The notes: generated by a model from the letters alone, not told the origin. 64,000 nt of DNA from a virus (IMGVR_UViG_2974794339_000001:11182-75181); one strand, 5' to 3'; positions 48,971-59,010 are shown, numbered from the stretch's first letter. A program made the numbers and translations.

Positions 48971-49257
48971 CCGAGGTCTTCCGCAATATCCCTCCCGACC
49001 CTCGCCTTTCGGTCAGCGGCGTACTCATCCTCCTCGATGCTTTCGACCGCCGCGAGCCACGCTTGTCGGGCTTTCTCCTCGGGAATTACGGAGTGGGCGT
49101 TGCCCAAGTCCAGTTCCCGAACGTAGTAGTCGTAAGTCTCTGCTATCTCGGTGGACTCGTCGCCCGTGTTCGGAGCGAATCCCGCCGCGACCGCCGGGCA
49201 ACAGCATCCACCAATCGTGTCCTTTCCGTAAGCGAAGTTCTTGTTTTGCGTACTCAT
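48961..49257 (-). CDS. hypothetical Cys-containing protein (98 aa)
   Basis: …GGCCCPAVAAGF…. Confidence 0.4.
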   Translation of the reverse strand: MSTQNKNFAYGKDTIGGCCCPAVAAGFAPNTGDESTEIAETYDYYVRELDLGNAHSVIPEEKARQAWLAAVESIEEDEYAADRKARVGRDIAEDLGWL

Positions 49258-49778
49258 TGTTTGTAGACGACCTCGTACTTGTTACCGACTCGAACCCGAA
49301 CGTACCCGTCACCGTAGTCGTTCGGCGGGTCAACGTCCAGAAGCTCGATTTCCTCGAAGTCCGTGATTTCCACGGCCACCAGAGCGTCCTCGTACAGACG
49401 CTCGATGAAGCCCCATTCGTTGTGGTGGTCTTCTTCCGACGCGAGGTAAGTCACGTCCGGCTCACCGTCGCGGAGCAGAATCACGCGCTCCACGTCGCAC
49501 CGGAACCACCGGGTTTCCTCACACTCCCACCCCTCGCCGTAGCGACCTTCCGCATAGCCGCAGGCTTCGTGGAACATCGCCGCTCCATCCTCGAAGATGG
49601 GGCCTTCGGTGTCCCACCACTCGTGTTCGTGGGAGTGGTCAGGCTGATTGTAGGGCGCTCGGGGGTCGTTCGCCGCCCCCGGTGGGTAGTTCCAGCCGAA
49701 TTTCCCCATTAGTCTGAACACCTCGGACAACTTCGGCGGCTTCCGGGGACGGCTGGCTCCCTCCATGTGAACCCGCAA
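49254..49778 (-). CDS. hypothetical protein (174 aa)
   Basis: W/H/E-rich, clean frame. Confidence 0.45.
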   Translation of the reverse strand: MRVHMEGASRPRKPPKLSEVFRLMGKFGWNYPPGAANDPRAPYNQPDHSHEHEWWDTEGPIFEDGAAMFHEACGYAEGRYGEGWECEETRWFRCDVERVILLRDGEPDVTYLASEEDHHNEWGFIERLYEDALVAVEITDFEEIELLDVDPPNDYGDGYVRVRVGNKYEVVYKQ

Positions 49779-49811
49779 CTGAAACAGCGGCGCTCTCGGT
49801 CGTTCGGGTTG

Positions 49812-50094
49812 TTACTCCGCATTAGTCACCTCCGCTCGGGGCGTCGAGGACGGCCCGTAGCTCAGGATAGCCGAGAACGAGAGGGACTTTCGCTGACCAC
49901 GATTCAGGTCGTGCTTCTCGGCGTGTTTCTCGACGATTTCTGTCTGCCGGTCGCCATCGAGGTAGTGTTCCGAGTACCACCCGGAACCGTACTCGTCGGG
50001 GTTTTCCAGCACATCATCGAAATCGAGGGGCGGTTCTGCCTCCGCGTACATCTCACGGAGAACATCGTTGAGGACTTCTCGTAGGTTTGTCATA
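49812..50094 (-). CDS. hypothetical protein (start MTNLREVL)
   Basis: Internal ATG overlapping the stop of the upstream micro-ORF (ATGA). Confidence 0.4.
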
Positions 50095-50227
50095 GGCTGA
50101 ATCGCTCGTTCCACCGGGGATTGTCCATGAACGTCGTACCACAGTCGGGACACTCGAACGTCGTCTCACGTCCGTCCTGTAACACGGCTGTACCGGGGCA
50201 GTTGACGCAGGAGCGTGTCTCTGCCAT
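50091..50227 (-). CDS. zinc-ribbon micro-protein (45 aa)
   Basis: MAETRSCVNCPGT…FECPDCGTTF…. Confidence 0.3.
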
Positions 50228-50230
50228 CAC

Positions 50231-50650
50231 TTACTTGTAGACGACCGGGGCGATTGCGAGGTACTTCTCGGAGTCCTCGGGCTTCACCACGAGAATGAAG
50301 TTCCACTCGGGGTGGATGAACAGCGCCTCCGTGTTCTCCCGAAGGTTCACGTCGAAGAACTCCTCGGCGTGGTCGAAGTAGGAGAACTGAACGCGAGTCT
50401 TCTTGCTCTCGTCGCCCTCCTCGGGGTAGAGGTCAACGTAGTGGCCGTTGTCCGTTCGCTGAACGTCCACCGGGTGTTCCGACGCGAGCTGGTAGTCCCA
50501 CGTAATGTGGCTGTTCTTCTCCCTCAGGTCGTCGCCGTAGGTTCCAAGACAAACCGTGTTCTCCTCATTCTGAATTGCTCCATCGAGGTCGCTTCCACGA
50601 CCGAATATCTCCTCGAACTTTTCCTCATCTTCCGTAGTGGCAACACTCAT
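50231..50650 (-). CDS. hypothetical protein (139 aa)
   Basis: Clean frame. Confidence 0.45.
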   Translation of the reverse strand: MSVATTEDEEKFEEIFGRGSDLDGAIQNEENTVCLGTYGDDLREKNSHITWDYQLASEHPVDVQRTDNGHYVDLYPEEGDESKKTRVQFSYFDHAEEFFDVNLRENTEALFIHPEWNFILVVKPEDSEKYLAIAPVVYK

Positions 50651-50652
50651 TA

Positions 50653-51078
50653 TTACTTCTCTGAGTCTTTATCTCGAAGTTCGTACAACGTCTTCACGAA
50701 CTCGGTCATTTCCTCGAAGCTACTCCGTTCGACCTTCTCGCCGTCGTAGCAGGCGGATTGATTGTCTCGAATTATATCGAGGCAGTCGTCACACAGACCG
50801 TTCCGGGGGCCGGGCGTCTCGTTGCCGCAGACCTCGTAGTATTCACACTCCCAATCCTCAGGTTGGGGTTCCCGCTGAGTTGAGCTGTGCTTCGTGTGGG
50901 TCGTATCGACTCCGAGCTTATCCATCCAGTAGGAGATTGTCCCGGCGGAACAGCCGAGTTCGTCTCCCATCTCGGACTGGTCAAGCCCTTTGTCGTGGTA
51001 CATCTCGCGGAGAACTTCCGCGTCCTTCCACGGTTCTTTGTCAGGGATTTCAGCCCCGAAGTCAGCGAGCGTACTCAT
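50653..51078 (-). CDS. HTH DNA-binding protein with Cys-rich C-terminal half
   Basis: …LREMYHDKGLDQSEMGDELGCSAGTISYWMDKLGV… HTH; CEYYEVC…CDDC. Confidence 0.5.
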   Translation of the reverse strand: MSTLADFGAEIPDKEPWKDAEVLREMYHDKGLDQSEMGDELGCSAGTISYWMDKLGVDTTHTKHSSTQREPQPEDWECEYYEVCGNETPGPRNGLCDDCLDIIRDNQSACYDGEKVERSSFEEMTEFVKTLYELRDKDSEK

Positions 51079-51225
51079 TTTATGATGCCGTGTTCATCGG
51101 ATTCATCCCCTCGTTGCCCTCCATCCAGAAGATAGGAAAGGGGTGAGTCGGGAGTAACAATTCGGGAGGACATACCGAAGCTAATTGCTTCGGGTTCAAC
51201 CCCGGTTCTTTCGGAGCGCGACACC

Positions 51226-51492
51226 TTACCACCAGCCCTCGAATTTCATCACTTGACGGGCGAGATTGTCGATTGAATCCCGACCGCTGAGGAAAAGGAC
51301 GTTCGACACCATCTGCTTGATAGCATCGAGGCGGGGGAATCGGACGTTCCGAATCTCCATCCACTTGTTCACGACCGACCGGATAGACCGGGCGGAGTCG
51401 TAGAACGCCGTCACAAGCTCAGCCGAGAACTGACGGGCGAGGTTCCACGCTTCGAGCTGTTCGAGGTAGCGTCCGTGAAGGCCGTTGTTCAT
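51226..51492 (-). CDS. hypothetical protein (start MNNGLHGRY)
   Basis: Internal ATG overlapping upstream stop (ATGA). Confidence 0.4.
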   Translation of the reverse strand: MNNGLHGRYLEQLEAWNLARQFSAELVTAFYDSARSIRSVVNKWMEIRNVRFPRLDAIKQMVSNVLFLSGRDSIDNLARQVMKFEGWW

Positions 51493-51899
51493 ACCCGCAC
51501 CTCCGGGGCGTGTTCGGGCCGAGTCGCGTTGATGCGGTACTCTCCGAAGACTTCGAGTAGGACTGCTTGGTTGTTGTAGTCGGCGCGGCTCCACGCTTGG
51601 TACAGGTGGCCGTCCCACAGCGCCGTGAAGAAGTGGCCGCCGTAGGGAGTGAACTCCTCAGCGTTCTCCTCGGTGAGCGCCGGGTCAACGTAGTCGGTTC
51701 CCCGGACGTACTTCTTGACTTCTACGAGAGCGGAGTTACGGGTCACGGCCTTGCCGTCGTCGCGTCCCCGCTCCATATTCTCGATGTTGAACTCACACAC
51801 CTCGATGAGTCGTTCGTCGGCTCCGGCCCACCGGAGTAGGCGTCGTTCGTGGTCGGTCAGGTCAGGCGTCGGGTCGGTGAAGTCGGTTAGTTCTGTCAT
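51489..51899 (-). CDS. hypothetical protein (136 aa)
   Basis: Clean frame; promoter-motif fragment upstream (…ATAAGTCTTTATCG). Confidence 0.45.
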   Translation of the reverse strand: MTELTDFTDPTPDLTDHERRLLRWAGADERLIEVCEFNIENMERGRDDGKAVTRNSALVEVKKYVRGTDYVDPALTEENAEEFTPYGGHFFTALWDGHLYQAWSRADYNNQAVLLEVFGEYRINATRPEHAPEVRV

Positions 51900-51948
51900 T
51901 TCTTGTGTTCCTCTAAGACTCAGAGAAGTATCTATAAGTCTTTATCGC

Positions 51949-53745
51949 TTATCGCCACGGTGCGGCTTCCGAATCGTTCCAATGCTCCGGGGGTTCATCC
52001 CGAATCGCCTCGGTGAACCACTCCGGCGGCTTCGTCCTGTTCATCAGTTTGTTGAACGCCCCGTCGATGACGTAGTACGACGCGGCTTCACTCGGTTCGG
52101 GGCCACGAACAGCGCGACCCACGGACTGCTGAACATCGAGGGAGGCGGATTCCATATACCACTTCCAGTCGTTCCGCTCATCGAGCAGGTAGGACACTCG
52201 GCTGTCCCCGAGGTACGGGTAGGGAACCTTCAAGAGAACCTGCCACCGGCAACGGTCGCCGTAGAGGTCAACGCCCTCCATCATCGACGGGGAGATGAGA
52301 ATGTCCTTGTCGGAGTTAACCCACTCCTCAATCATCTCCTCCTTGTCCTTCTCTTGGTCTTGAACGATAGCGTTCTCACTCCCAAGAGACGCGCCAAGCT
52401 TCTCCGCTCGCTTGTAGGAGTTCGTGTGAATCAGCCCCTTCTCGCCTTCGTGGTGAGAATTGATTTCACGAATCGTCCTCACGACCTTGTTCCAGTTGCG
52501 TTCCTCTCCGTCCCCACTCATCGAGCCGACGATAGTGTTCGTGTGAATCAGTCGGTGGGATTCGGGGAACGGCATCGTCCGGCTGATGAGCTTCGTAGAA
52601 CCTTCGAGGCCAATCCGGTCGGCCCACTCTGCAATGTCCTCCCGGTACGGAATCGTCGCGGAGGAAATCACTCGCTTCCGACCGCGACTCCAAATGAACC
52701 GTTCGAGGAACTTGTCCACGTCCACCGGGCTGACGACCATCTTCTTCTGGTGGGACTTCCCGAACTTGCTCACCGTGACAGTCCACGGGCGGTCTTCCTT
52801 CACTTCGCGGTGACAGTATTCGACCTTCTTGATGAAGTCCTTACATTGGTCAACCTCAGCCTGCCGGTTCGGGGCCTCCTCGTGGCGGTCTACGAAGTTC
52901 GTCGCCCTCTCGTAGAGGCTGTTGAGGATGGGCGTAATGTCCTCGAACCGCTCAAAGTCCCACGAAATCCGGTCGCCCGTGTTCCGGTAGACCTCGTTCG
53001 GGAGAACCCACGGCGAGATAGTGAACCCCGCGAACAGCGAAGCCACTTGGCTCTCAAGCCCGTGGCCTTCGTCCACAATCACGAGGTCGCGGTTATCGAA
53101 GGAAATCTGTTCCTCCTGAACCTGATTCACCATTATCGTCGTCGGGAGGTAGTTGTCCACGACGAGCATAGCGAACGTGAGCGCCGCTATGTCGGCGTCC
53201 ATCGCTCGGGCCTTCGCTCGCCAGTAGGTACACCCGGCGATAGTTCGGCAGGACTCTCCCTCCGTCTCGTCGGCCAGCGTACAATCCTTACAGTTGTCGC
53301 CGCTCGCCCCGCAGATGTAGTCCTGCCGGGACTTCAGCATCGTGACGTATTCCTGAAGGTCAACGTCGTTGGCGAGCTGGTTTCGGAGTTGCTTCTGTGG
53401 GGTCGTGTAGAACGATTTGCCCCCGTCGATGCCGTAGAGCTTGTAGTTGAAGTGGTCTTCAATCCGGCTCTTGTTCTTAGCGAGGTGGGAAACCACCCGG
53501 CCAAGCGTCACGTTGATAGGAGACTTCCCAATCCCGGTGGGGCCGTCGATTACGACGTTCGTGTGACCGTCGATGAACAGGGCTTCGAGAGCATCCTTTA
53601 GGATTTCATCTTGGTAGTCACGGTAGCCGGGGAAGGGGAACAGGTCGTCAGCGAGGTCGAATAGGTATTCGCGGAGGCCGTCCCGGTTCCTCGAATAGTT
53701 AGCTAACGGTTCTACTCTCTGGTTCTGGATTGCTGTTGTGGACAT
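51949..53745 (-). CDS. XPD/Rad3/DinG-family SF2 helicase with Fe-S domain
   Basis: Walker A …VIDGPTGIGKSPI…, four-Cys insert (…YICGASGDNCKDCTLADETEGESCRTIAGCTYW…) between motifs I and II, DEAH-like …VIVDEGHG…. Confidence 0.7.
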   Translation of the reverse strand: MSTTAIQNQRVEPLANYSRNRDGLREYLFDLADDLFPFPGYRDYQDEILKDALEALFIDGHTNVVIDGPTGIGKSPINVTLGRVVSHLAKNKSRIEDHFNYKLYGIDGGKSFYTTPQKQLRNQLANDVDLQEYVTMLKSRQDYICGASGDNCKDCTLADETEGESCRTIAGCTYWRAKARAMDADIAALTFAMLVVDNYLPTTIMVNQVQEEQISFDNRDLVIVDEGHGLESQVASLFAGFTISPWVLPNEVYRNTGDRISWDFERFEDITPILNSLYERATNFVDRHEEAPNRQAEVDQCKDFIKKVEYCHREVKEDRPWTVTVSKFGKSHQKKMVVSPVDVDKFLERFIWSRGRKRVISSATIPYREDIAEWADRIGLEGSTKLISRTMPFPESHRLIHTNTIVGSMSGDGEERNWNKVVRTIREINSHHEGEKGLIHTNSYKRAEKLGASLGSENAIVQDQEKDKEEMIEEWVNSDKDILISPSMMEGVDLYGDRCRWQVLLKVPYPYLGDSRVSYLLDERNDWKWYMESASLDVQQSVGRAVRGPEPSEAASYYVIDGAFNKLMNRTKPPEWFTEAIRDEPPEHWNDSEAAPWR

Positions 53746-53834
53746 TTCTTAGAAGGTTCTGGTCAGCTCGTCACAGCCGGGGCGACCAACTCCCGACGAC
53801 GCCCCACGGTGGGGCGTTTCGCCGTTACTCCTGC

Positions 53835-53980
53835 CACCAACGACGCTCGATGTTGATTATCTCCGATACATCCCGTCGCGGAGCAGACTTTCCACGACGC
53901 CGCCAGCAAGCCTTCCGCCGTAGGGAGTAGAAATACTCGTAGTCGGCTTGCTCTATCTTCTCTATGTCTTCTCCTTCCAT
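53835..53980 (-). CDS. micro-ORF (48 aa)
   Basis: MEGEDIEKIEQADYEYFYSLRRKACWRRRGKS…. Confidence 0.25.
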
Positions 53981-54162
53981 ACTACCGTAAGTGACACCGC
54001 AAGTTGTTCGTCAGTAGTTACTTCGAGGGGACAGCTCGCCGCCGAGTCCCGCTGGCTCCGCCCTCGGAACCGGGCACTTCGTCGGTTCGAGCGTCATTTG
54101 GTCAACCCCGTGCTTCGAGAGAGGTTCACCACACCGACTACACCGCTCGTCTTCTCGGGACA

Positions 54163-54492
54163 TTACGACTCTGCCTCGAACCAGAACTTCACCCCGACTC
54201 CCTTCCCGGTGAGGGTTGCGAACTTGAACTCGAACCCGAAGTCGGAGAGCGTGTTTCGCTCCGTGTTCATCAGAAGGTGGGAGGATAGTTCGCCTTCACC
54301 ATCCCGCCACGTCTGGTGGGGAATCAGAATCATCTGAACGTCCCCCATCCGACCTCGGCGGAGGTGACTCAGCTCACCGAACCGCTCGGGAAGCTCGTCG
54401 AGGATTTGTTCTTCGAGGTCGTCGTAGTCCACGTCCTCGGTCGTCGGTTCGTCGGTGCTGGTGCTGTCGGTCGTGCTGGTAGTCGTACTCAT
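54163..54492 (-). CDS. hypothetical S/T-rich acidic protein (start MSTTTSTTD)
   Basis: Internal ATG. Confidence 0.4.
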   Translation of the reverse strand: MSTTTSTTDSTSTDEPTTEDVDYDDLEEQILDELPERFGELSHLRRGRMGDVQMILIPHQTWRDGEGELSSHLLMNTERNTLSDFGFEFKFATLTGKGVGVKFWFEAES

Positions 54493-54499
54493 TGTAGGA

Positions 54500-55267
54500 T
54501 TACTCGCTGGTTTCTCGCTCTCGTTCCCGCCGGGCGCAGATGTTATCGAGGAACAGCTTGAGCGAATACTCGGGAATCGGTCGGTCGGCGTTCTCCACGG
54601 CAACCCGTGGGCTGATTACCTCGAACGGCTCGCCATCAGGGTCGTACATCCGCCACTCTCCTTGACCGAGAGCTTCGAGAGTGTACGTCACCGGGTCTTT
54701 CGAGGACAGCCGGATGTAGTAGTCGTACTCGTACCGAACTCCCCGAGAGTGAAGTGGCCCTTCGAGTAGCTGTATCGCTTCACCCAAATCCTCACGGGTT
54801 TCCTCGATGAAGCGGAGCTTCGTGATGATGTCGTTGTAGAACCCGGCGAGGGCGAGCTGTTGAACGGACTCCTGCTGGTCTTCCGGGTCGTGGTAGAACC
54901 GCTCACCACCCTCGTTGTAGAACCCCTCCTCGGCGTGATAGATTACACACCGCTGGTAATACTGAATCAGCTCGTGGTTCTCTACGGCGGCCTCAGCGAT
55001 AGCCCACAGAGGAACGTCGTCGGGAAGCTCGTCAGGGTCGAACGCCGAGCATCGTATCTCGTCACCTCCCTCTCGGGCGTAGTCGTAGTACCGCTTAGCG
55101 GTGGTCTGTACCTCTCGGATGTAACTCTCGAATGTATCGTACTTGTTGCTCATAGGTAGGGTAACTCCGGTCGAATGACCTCGAACACGATTATCGCAAT
55201 CCAGAGAACGAAGGACGCAAGAAGAACCTCGGCAGGAATCATATCGGGACGGCGGCCCCGCCGCCAC
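54500..55267 (-). CDS. hypothetical protein (255 aa)
   Basis: Y/E-rich, clean frame. Confidence 0.45.
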   Translation of the reverse strand: MAAGPPSRYDSCRGSSCVLRSLDCDNRVRGHSTGVTLPMSNKYDTFESYIREVQTTAKRYYDYAREGGDEIRCSAFDPDELPDDVPLWAIAEAAVENHELIQYYQRCVIYHAEEGFYNEGGERFYHDPEDQQESVQQLALAGFYNDIITKLRFIEETREDLGEAIQLLEGPLHSRGVRYEYDYYIRLSSKDPVTYTLEALGQGEWRMYDPDGEPFEVISPRVAVENADRPIPEYSLKLFLDNICARRERERETSE

Positions 55268-55297
55268 CCCGTCGCTTGAAGAACTCTCGTAGGAGGT

Positions 55298-56149
55298 CTA
55301 CCACAGTTCCACCCCCGGAGTGTCCACGTACAGCGGGCCGATTAGTTCGGCCACCTCGCTGAAGTTCTCCGGCTTCACGATGAAGCCCCGCCAAGCAAGA
55401 CTGAACTTCCCGAGGTCGCGCTCCTTCAGCTCGTCGTCCAAGACTCGGCAGATGTGTTCGTTGTAGAGCCGGGGAACCACGAAGAACCCCTGAGGGAACT
55501 GTTCTATCTGGAAGGTCGTCGGCTTCTCCTTCACGAGTGAACCCCACAGGTGGGTCTTCTCCGGGTCGCCGCCGTGTTGGGACACCCACATCTGAGTCAC
55601 GAGGCTCCGGTAGCGTTCGTGAGTGTGGAGGGCTTCCACGTTCCTCGGCTCTTTCAACACATCGAGGGTGTCTATCTCATCGAGGTGGTGCTTGAGGTCG
55701 TCCACCACGAGGGCCTTTGCGATGTTCTCGTTCAGCTCCTTCATCGTCCCGTAGAGGGTGTCCGACGCCCACCCGTCCTCCACGGTCTGCTCGATTGTCT
55801 CCGGGTCGAGAACGAACCGCCGGTAGTAGCCCCACACCTTCCCACCGACTGACTCGTAATACTGCTCGATGCGTCCGAACTCTGTCTCCCACACTTTCGG
55901 GTCGTCGTTGGCGGCCTCGAAGTCGGGGCGCTCCGTGTAAATCGTCTTGCTCTTGCCGTTGAAGATTTCCCGAATCCAGAAGTCGTCGTAGAGGGGCTTT
56001 GGGTCGTCCGGGTCAGTCAGTTGACCGGCCTTCCACACCGGATGAACCGGGTCGTCGGGCTTCAGGGTCGTCGTTCCGACGTGTTTGTTCTTCTTGAGTT
56101 CGACCAGCGATTCTCCGGCCTTCGTCTCGATAGGAGTTGGAACGCTCAT
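55298..56149 (-). CDS. hypothetical protein (283 aa)
   Basis: Clean frame; promoter-motif fragment TTTTGAGTCTTTAAATC immediately upstream. Confidence 0.45.
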   Translation of the reverse strand: MSVPTPIETKAGESLVELKKNKHVGTTTLKPDDPVHPVWKAGQLTDPDDPKPLYDDFWIREIFNGKSKTIYTERPDFEAANDDPKVWETEFGRIEQYYESVGGKVWGYYRRFVLDPETIEQTVEDGWASDTLYGTMKELNENIAKALVVDDLKHHLDEIDTLDVLKEPRNVEALHTHERYRSLVTQMWVSQHGGDPEKTHLWGSLVKEKPTTFQIEQFPQGFFVVPRLYNEHICRVLDDELKERDLGKFSLAWRGFIVKPENFSEVAELIGPLYVDTPGVELW

Positions 56150-56158
56150 TTTGAGTCT

Positions 56159-56344
56159 TTAAATCATCCGCCGAGCCGCCATTCCACCAACGAACTTCTG
56201 GTGGTGCTGTCCACAGAGGATGAACCGCGCCGTGTCGTCCTCCGCAATCCGTGTTCCCTGATACGGGCAGGGGTCGTCGTCGGTCGCTACTTCTCGTCCG
56301 TGGTGGCACATCTCGTCGCCGTGGTAGTGTTCAAAGTCAACCAT
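56159..56344 (-). CDS. small His/Cys-rich protein (start MVDFEHYHGDEMCHHG)
   Basis: Internal ATG; TAATG overlap with upstream gene. Confidence 0.35.
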   Translation of the reverse strand: MVDFEHYHGDEMCHHGREVATDDDPCPYQGTRIAEDDTARFILCGQHHQKFVGGMAARRMI

Positions 56345-56520
56345 TAGTGAGTCTCCGCGTAGTGTTGTTCGTGGGTCTTTGCGCTGAACATCGGGAGTTT
56401 GTCCTGCCACCATCGCTTCCAGAGACAGCGGAAGTTCGAGCAACGTACTCCGTAGCTCCGTTCTTCGACCGTTGAATCGCAGGCAGGGCAGTTCTCCGGG
56501 TAGTCGTCGTGTGGTTCCAT
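56344..56520 (-). CDS. small zinc-binding protein (start MEPHDDYPENCPACD)
   Basis: CPAC…C…C. Confidence 0.35.
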   Translation of the reverse strand: MEPHDDYPENCPACDSTVEERSYGVRCSNFRCLWKRWWQDKLPMFSAKTHEQHYAETH

Positions 56521-56786
56521 TACTGAGTGACCTCCTTCGCACAGCTCCGGCAGTAGTATCGCTTGTCTGAATCGCTCGGGAAAGCAATTCGCCACTCTCC
56601 CGTCTCCTTATCCCGAGTAACAGGAGTTCCGTTCAGTCGGGGGCCGCCACATCTCTCGCACTCTAAGGCCACGTCCCACCCCGGAACTCGATGAAGCGCC
56701 CTTCGTCGTGGTCGTAACCGCCGGTCAGTTGTCGGTAACAGTCCCGACACCGCCACTTCGACCTCATTCCCCGTCCGGCGAGCCAC
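56520..56786 (-). CDS. zinc-ribbon protein (88 aa)
   Basis: CERCGGP…CRSC. Confidence 0.4.
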   Translation of the reverse strand: MARRTGNEVEVAVSGLLPTTDRRLRPRRRALHRVPGWDVALECERCGGPRLNGTPVTRDKETGEWRIAFPSDSDKRYYCRSCAKEVTQ

Positions 56787-56801
56787 GTCCGATTCTCGTG
56801 G

Positions 56802-57071
56802 TCACACATTGATGGTCAGCTCCAGAATCTCACTCGTTCGGAACGGCTTGCTCGGGTCTTGTCCCTGAACCGTGGACTCGATGACGACCTCCGCGACCTT
56901 CTCGTGAGGATAGTCCTTAGCGAACACCCCGGAGTCCTCAAGCCTCGATGCGACTTCCCGCCGGGTTTCCAGCGGGAGCTTGTTCGGCTTGAGGTGGAAC
57001 ATATGTCCACCACGGGAGTCGTTCTTCGGTCGGGCTATCACGTCGTGGGTCTTGGTGTGGGTGACGCTCAT
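56802..57071 (-). CDS. hypothetical protein (89 aa)
   Basis: Clean frame. Confidence 0.4.
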   Translation of the reverse strand: MSVTHTKTHDVIARPKNDSRGGHMFHLKPNKLPLETRREVASRLEDSGVFAKDYPHEKVAEVVIESTVQGQDPSKPFRTSEILELTINV

Positions 57072-57439
57072 CGGTTCTTGGGGTGGAAGATGTGGTTCTC
57101 GGGGTAGTCTCGGTCAGCCGACCATCCGAAGGACTTGAGCCAAACGCTCAGACAGCTCTCACAGAGGTAGACTGTCATATAGCCCCCGGCGAGTCCTCCG
57201 GTGTAATCGCTCAGCACTCCTTTGTCCCGACCTCCCCGGTTACACTCCGGGCAACGGTCGTCGTGGTGGTATCCCTCGAAGTGAATCCCCGAAGGCATCG
57301 ACCGGAAGGGATTGTCGTCCGAAGCGTGAGGCATCTCGAAGACCTCGGTATCCACGCCCCACGTTTCCACGAGGGCTTCCCGTCGCTCGATTCCGATTAA
57401 CTCTCTATCACCGTCGCTGTCGTTGGTTTCAACACTCAT
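57068..57439 (-). CDS. zinc-finger protein (123 aa)
   Basis: CPECNRGG…CESC. Confidence 0.4.
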   Translation of the reverse strand: MSVETNDSDGDRELIGIERREALVETWGVDTEVFEMPHASDDNPFRSMPSGIHFEGYHHDDRCPECNRGGRDKGVLSDYTGGLAGGYMTVYLCESCLSVWLKSFGWSADRDYPENHIFHPKNR

Positions 57440-57457
57440 TATTGTCTCTCCGAGTCT

Positions 57458-58126
57458 TTAGACCGAACCGACGACCGTAATCTCGCCACTCTCGATAGCG
57501 GCGTCCAACTCCATCGAGTCCATCCAGACCTTCGAGCAGTCCTCACAGAACGCCTCCGCTCCGTGGGTTCCTCGGTCGGTCACTACGTGGTCGTGGTCAC
57601 AGACCTCGTTCTGATACCGGAATTTCTCCTCGCGGAGTTCGTCGATACGTTCCTCGACGGCCCAATGAAGTCCATTTCGGATGGAAGCCTCGATTTCGGC
57701 CTCGTTGACGCCGTTCTCGTAGGCATCCTTAATCTCTCCCGGCGTTGCCTCGACGGTGAACTCGACAGTCACCGTTCCCCACTTCTCCCCGGTGTATTCC
57801 TCACATCGGAGCTTCGAGCCGCCACGGGAGCCGTGCTTCATCTCCCACTTGCCACGGGAGTAGGGAACGACCTGCCAATCCGGGGAGCAGGAATACTTCG
57901 CCATCCCCTCGATGTGTCCCTTATGGTCGTAGGTCTTGAGGGTGACGTGGGGGAGCTTCACCCGGAGATGCTTCATATCCCTCGGGTACATCTCGAACCA
58001 CCGACCCATCAGGCGGGCCTTCCGAAGCTTCTTCCACGCTTCTTCGTCGTTGGCGTGGAATCGGTAGTGGTAGTCCCGACCGTCCGGGTTCCCCATCCAG
58101 TCCTCGGGGTACTCTCGCCACGTCAT
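57458..58126 (-). CDS. hypothetical protein (222 aa)
   Basis: Clean frame. Confidence 0.45.
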   Translation of the reverse strand: MTWREYPEDWMGNPDGRDYHYRFHANDEEAWKKLRKARLMGRWFEMYPRDMKHLRVKLPHVTLKTYDHKGHIEGMAKYSCSPDWQVVPYSRGKWEMKHGSRGGSKLRCEEYTGEKWGTVTVEFTVEATPGEIKDAYENGVNEAEIEASIRNGLHWAVEERIDELREEKFRYQNEVCDHDHVVTDRGTHGAEAFCEDCSKVWMDSMELDAAIESGEITVVGSV

Positions 58127-58245
58127 TACTCGTCGTCCTCCGGTAACAGGTCGCCGTACTTCGTCTTGCTACGCTTGCTTCTCCGCTCGGCTTTCTCGAT
58201 GCTTTCCAGCTCGTCTTCGCTGAGGGTATCTTCCAGAGTCGTCAT
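58126..58245 (-). CDS. micro-ORF (39 aa), acidic/basic
   Basis: MTTLEDTLSEDELESIEKAERRSKRSKTKYGDLLPEDDE; TAATG overlaps on both sides. Confidence 0.3.
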   Translation of the reverse strand: MTTLEDTLSEDELESIEKAERRSKRSKTKYGDLLPEDDE

Positions 58246-58493
58246 TAGCCTTCGACCTCCTCGATGGGGAGAACCAGCGGTTCGTTCTCGGTGTCTATCG
58301 GGTCTTCCGACCAGAAGAACACACCAAACGTTTCCTCGTCATACTGATGGAGGTCGTAGGCTTCGGTGTAGTTCTCATCATCATCGAAAGCCTCGTTGAA
58401 CGCCACGACCGCTTCCTCCTCAGTCTCCGCAGTAACGGTGATTTCGTAGCGGTTCTCCTGTTCGGGGTGGTCAGTTAGTCCAAGTATTCCCAT
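58245..58493 (-). CDS. small acidic protein (82 aa)
   Basis: Clean frame. Confidence 0.4.
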   Translation of the reverse strand: MGILGLTDHPEQENRYEITVTAETEEEAVVAFNEAFDDDENYTEAYDLHQYDEETFGVFFWSEDPIDTENEPLVLPIEEVEG

Positions 58494-58603
58494 CTCTCAC
58501 TCCACGATGTAGTGGCCGTTCGGCGTCTCGTAGACCGTTCCGGGCTTCACGTAGTCGTCGTCCTCTGCCATTACCTCGTCAACCGCGATTTCGAGAATGT
58601 TCA

Positions 58604-58876
58604 TTAGTATCCTGCCTCGTAGACCGCTTCCGCTTGCTCGAACGCCGATTCCTTCGCGTCGGTGAACACCTCTATCTCCACCACAGCACGGGGATAGCCC
58701 TCGGTGTCCACGTTGAAGCTCTCGTAGAGAATCCAGCGGCCATCGAGGTCTTCTTCGAGAAGGTCGCAGGCCGCGAAGATTGCTTCCACGTCGTCGCTTT
58801 CGTCCACGGCGTACTCCGTGGCGAACACGTCCAAGTCCTCCTTCAGCCGCTCGATAATGTGTTCTTCCAGACTCAT
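58604..58876 (-). CDS. small acidic protein (90 aa)
   Basis: Clean frame. Confidence 0.4.
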   Translation of the reverse strand: MSLEEHIIERLKEDLDVFATEYAVDESDDVEAIFAACDLLEEDLDGRWILYESFNVDTEGYPRAVVEIEVFTDAKESAFEQAEAVYEAGY

Positions 58877-59010
58877 CCCTTGATGATTTGGAGGCCACGG
58901 TTCGCTTCGAGGACATGTTCCGCCGCCTCTTTCGAGGGGAACGACTCGATTATCTCGAATCGGGCTTCCTCGTTCGCTACGATTGGCTCGGTCGGGTCGA
59001 TTAGGTGGTA
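58873..59010 (-). CDS. micro-ORF (45 aa)
   Basis: MRYHLIDPTEPIVANEEARFEIIESFPSKE…; ATGA overlap. Confidence 0.3.
   Translation of the reverse strand, partial: YHLIDPTEPIVANEEARFEIIESFPSKEAAEHVLEANRGLQIIKG

Noticed and set aside
51715-53601. 628-aa + strand ORF antisense to XPD-like helicase
   Set aside because: Shadow ORF; helicase frame has Walker and Fe-S motifs.
56159-56587. Tracked 142-aa ORF
   Set aside because: Its N-terminal 80 aa are an R-rich alternative frame of the neighbouring 56344-56520 gene; only the C-terminal part from MVDFEHYH (56159-56344) is called.
58497-58916. Tracked 139-aa ORF
   Set aside because: Arg-rich N-terminal two thirds are the alternative frame of 58604-58876; at most the C-terminal 35 aa (58497-58604) could be real.
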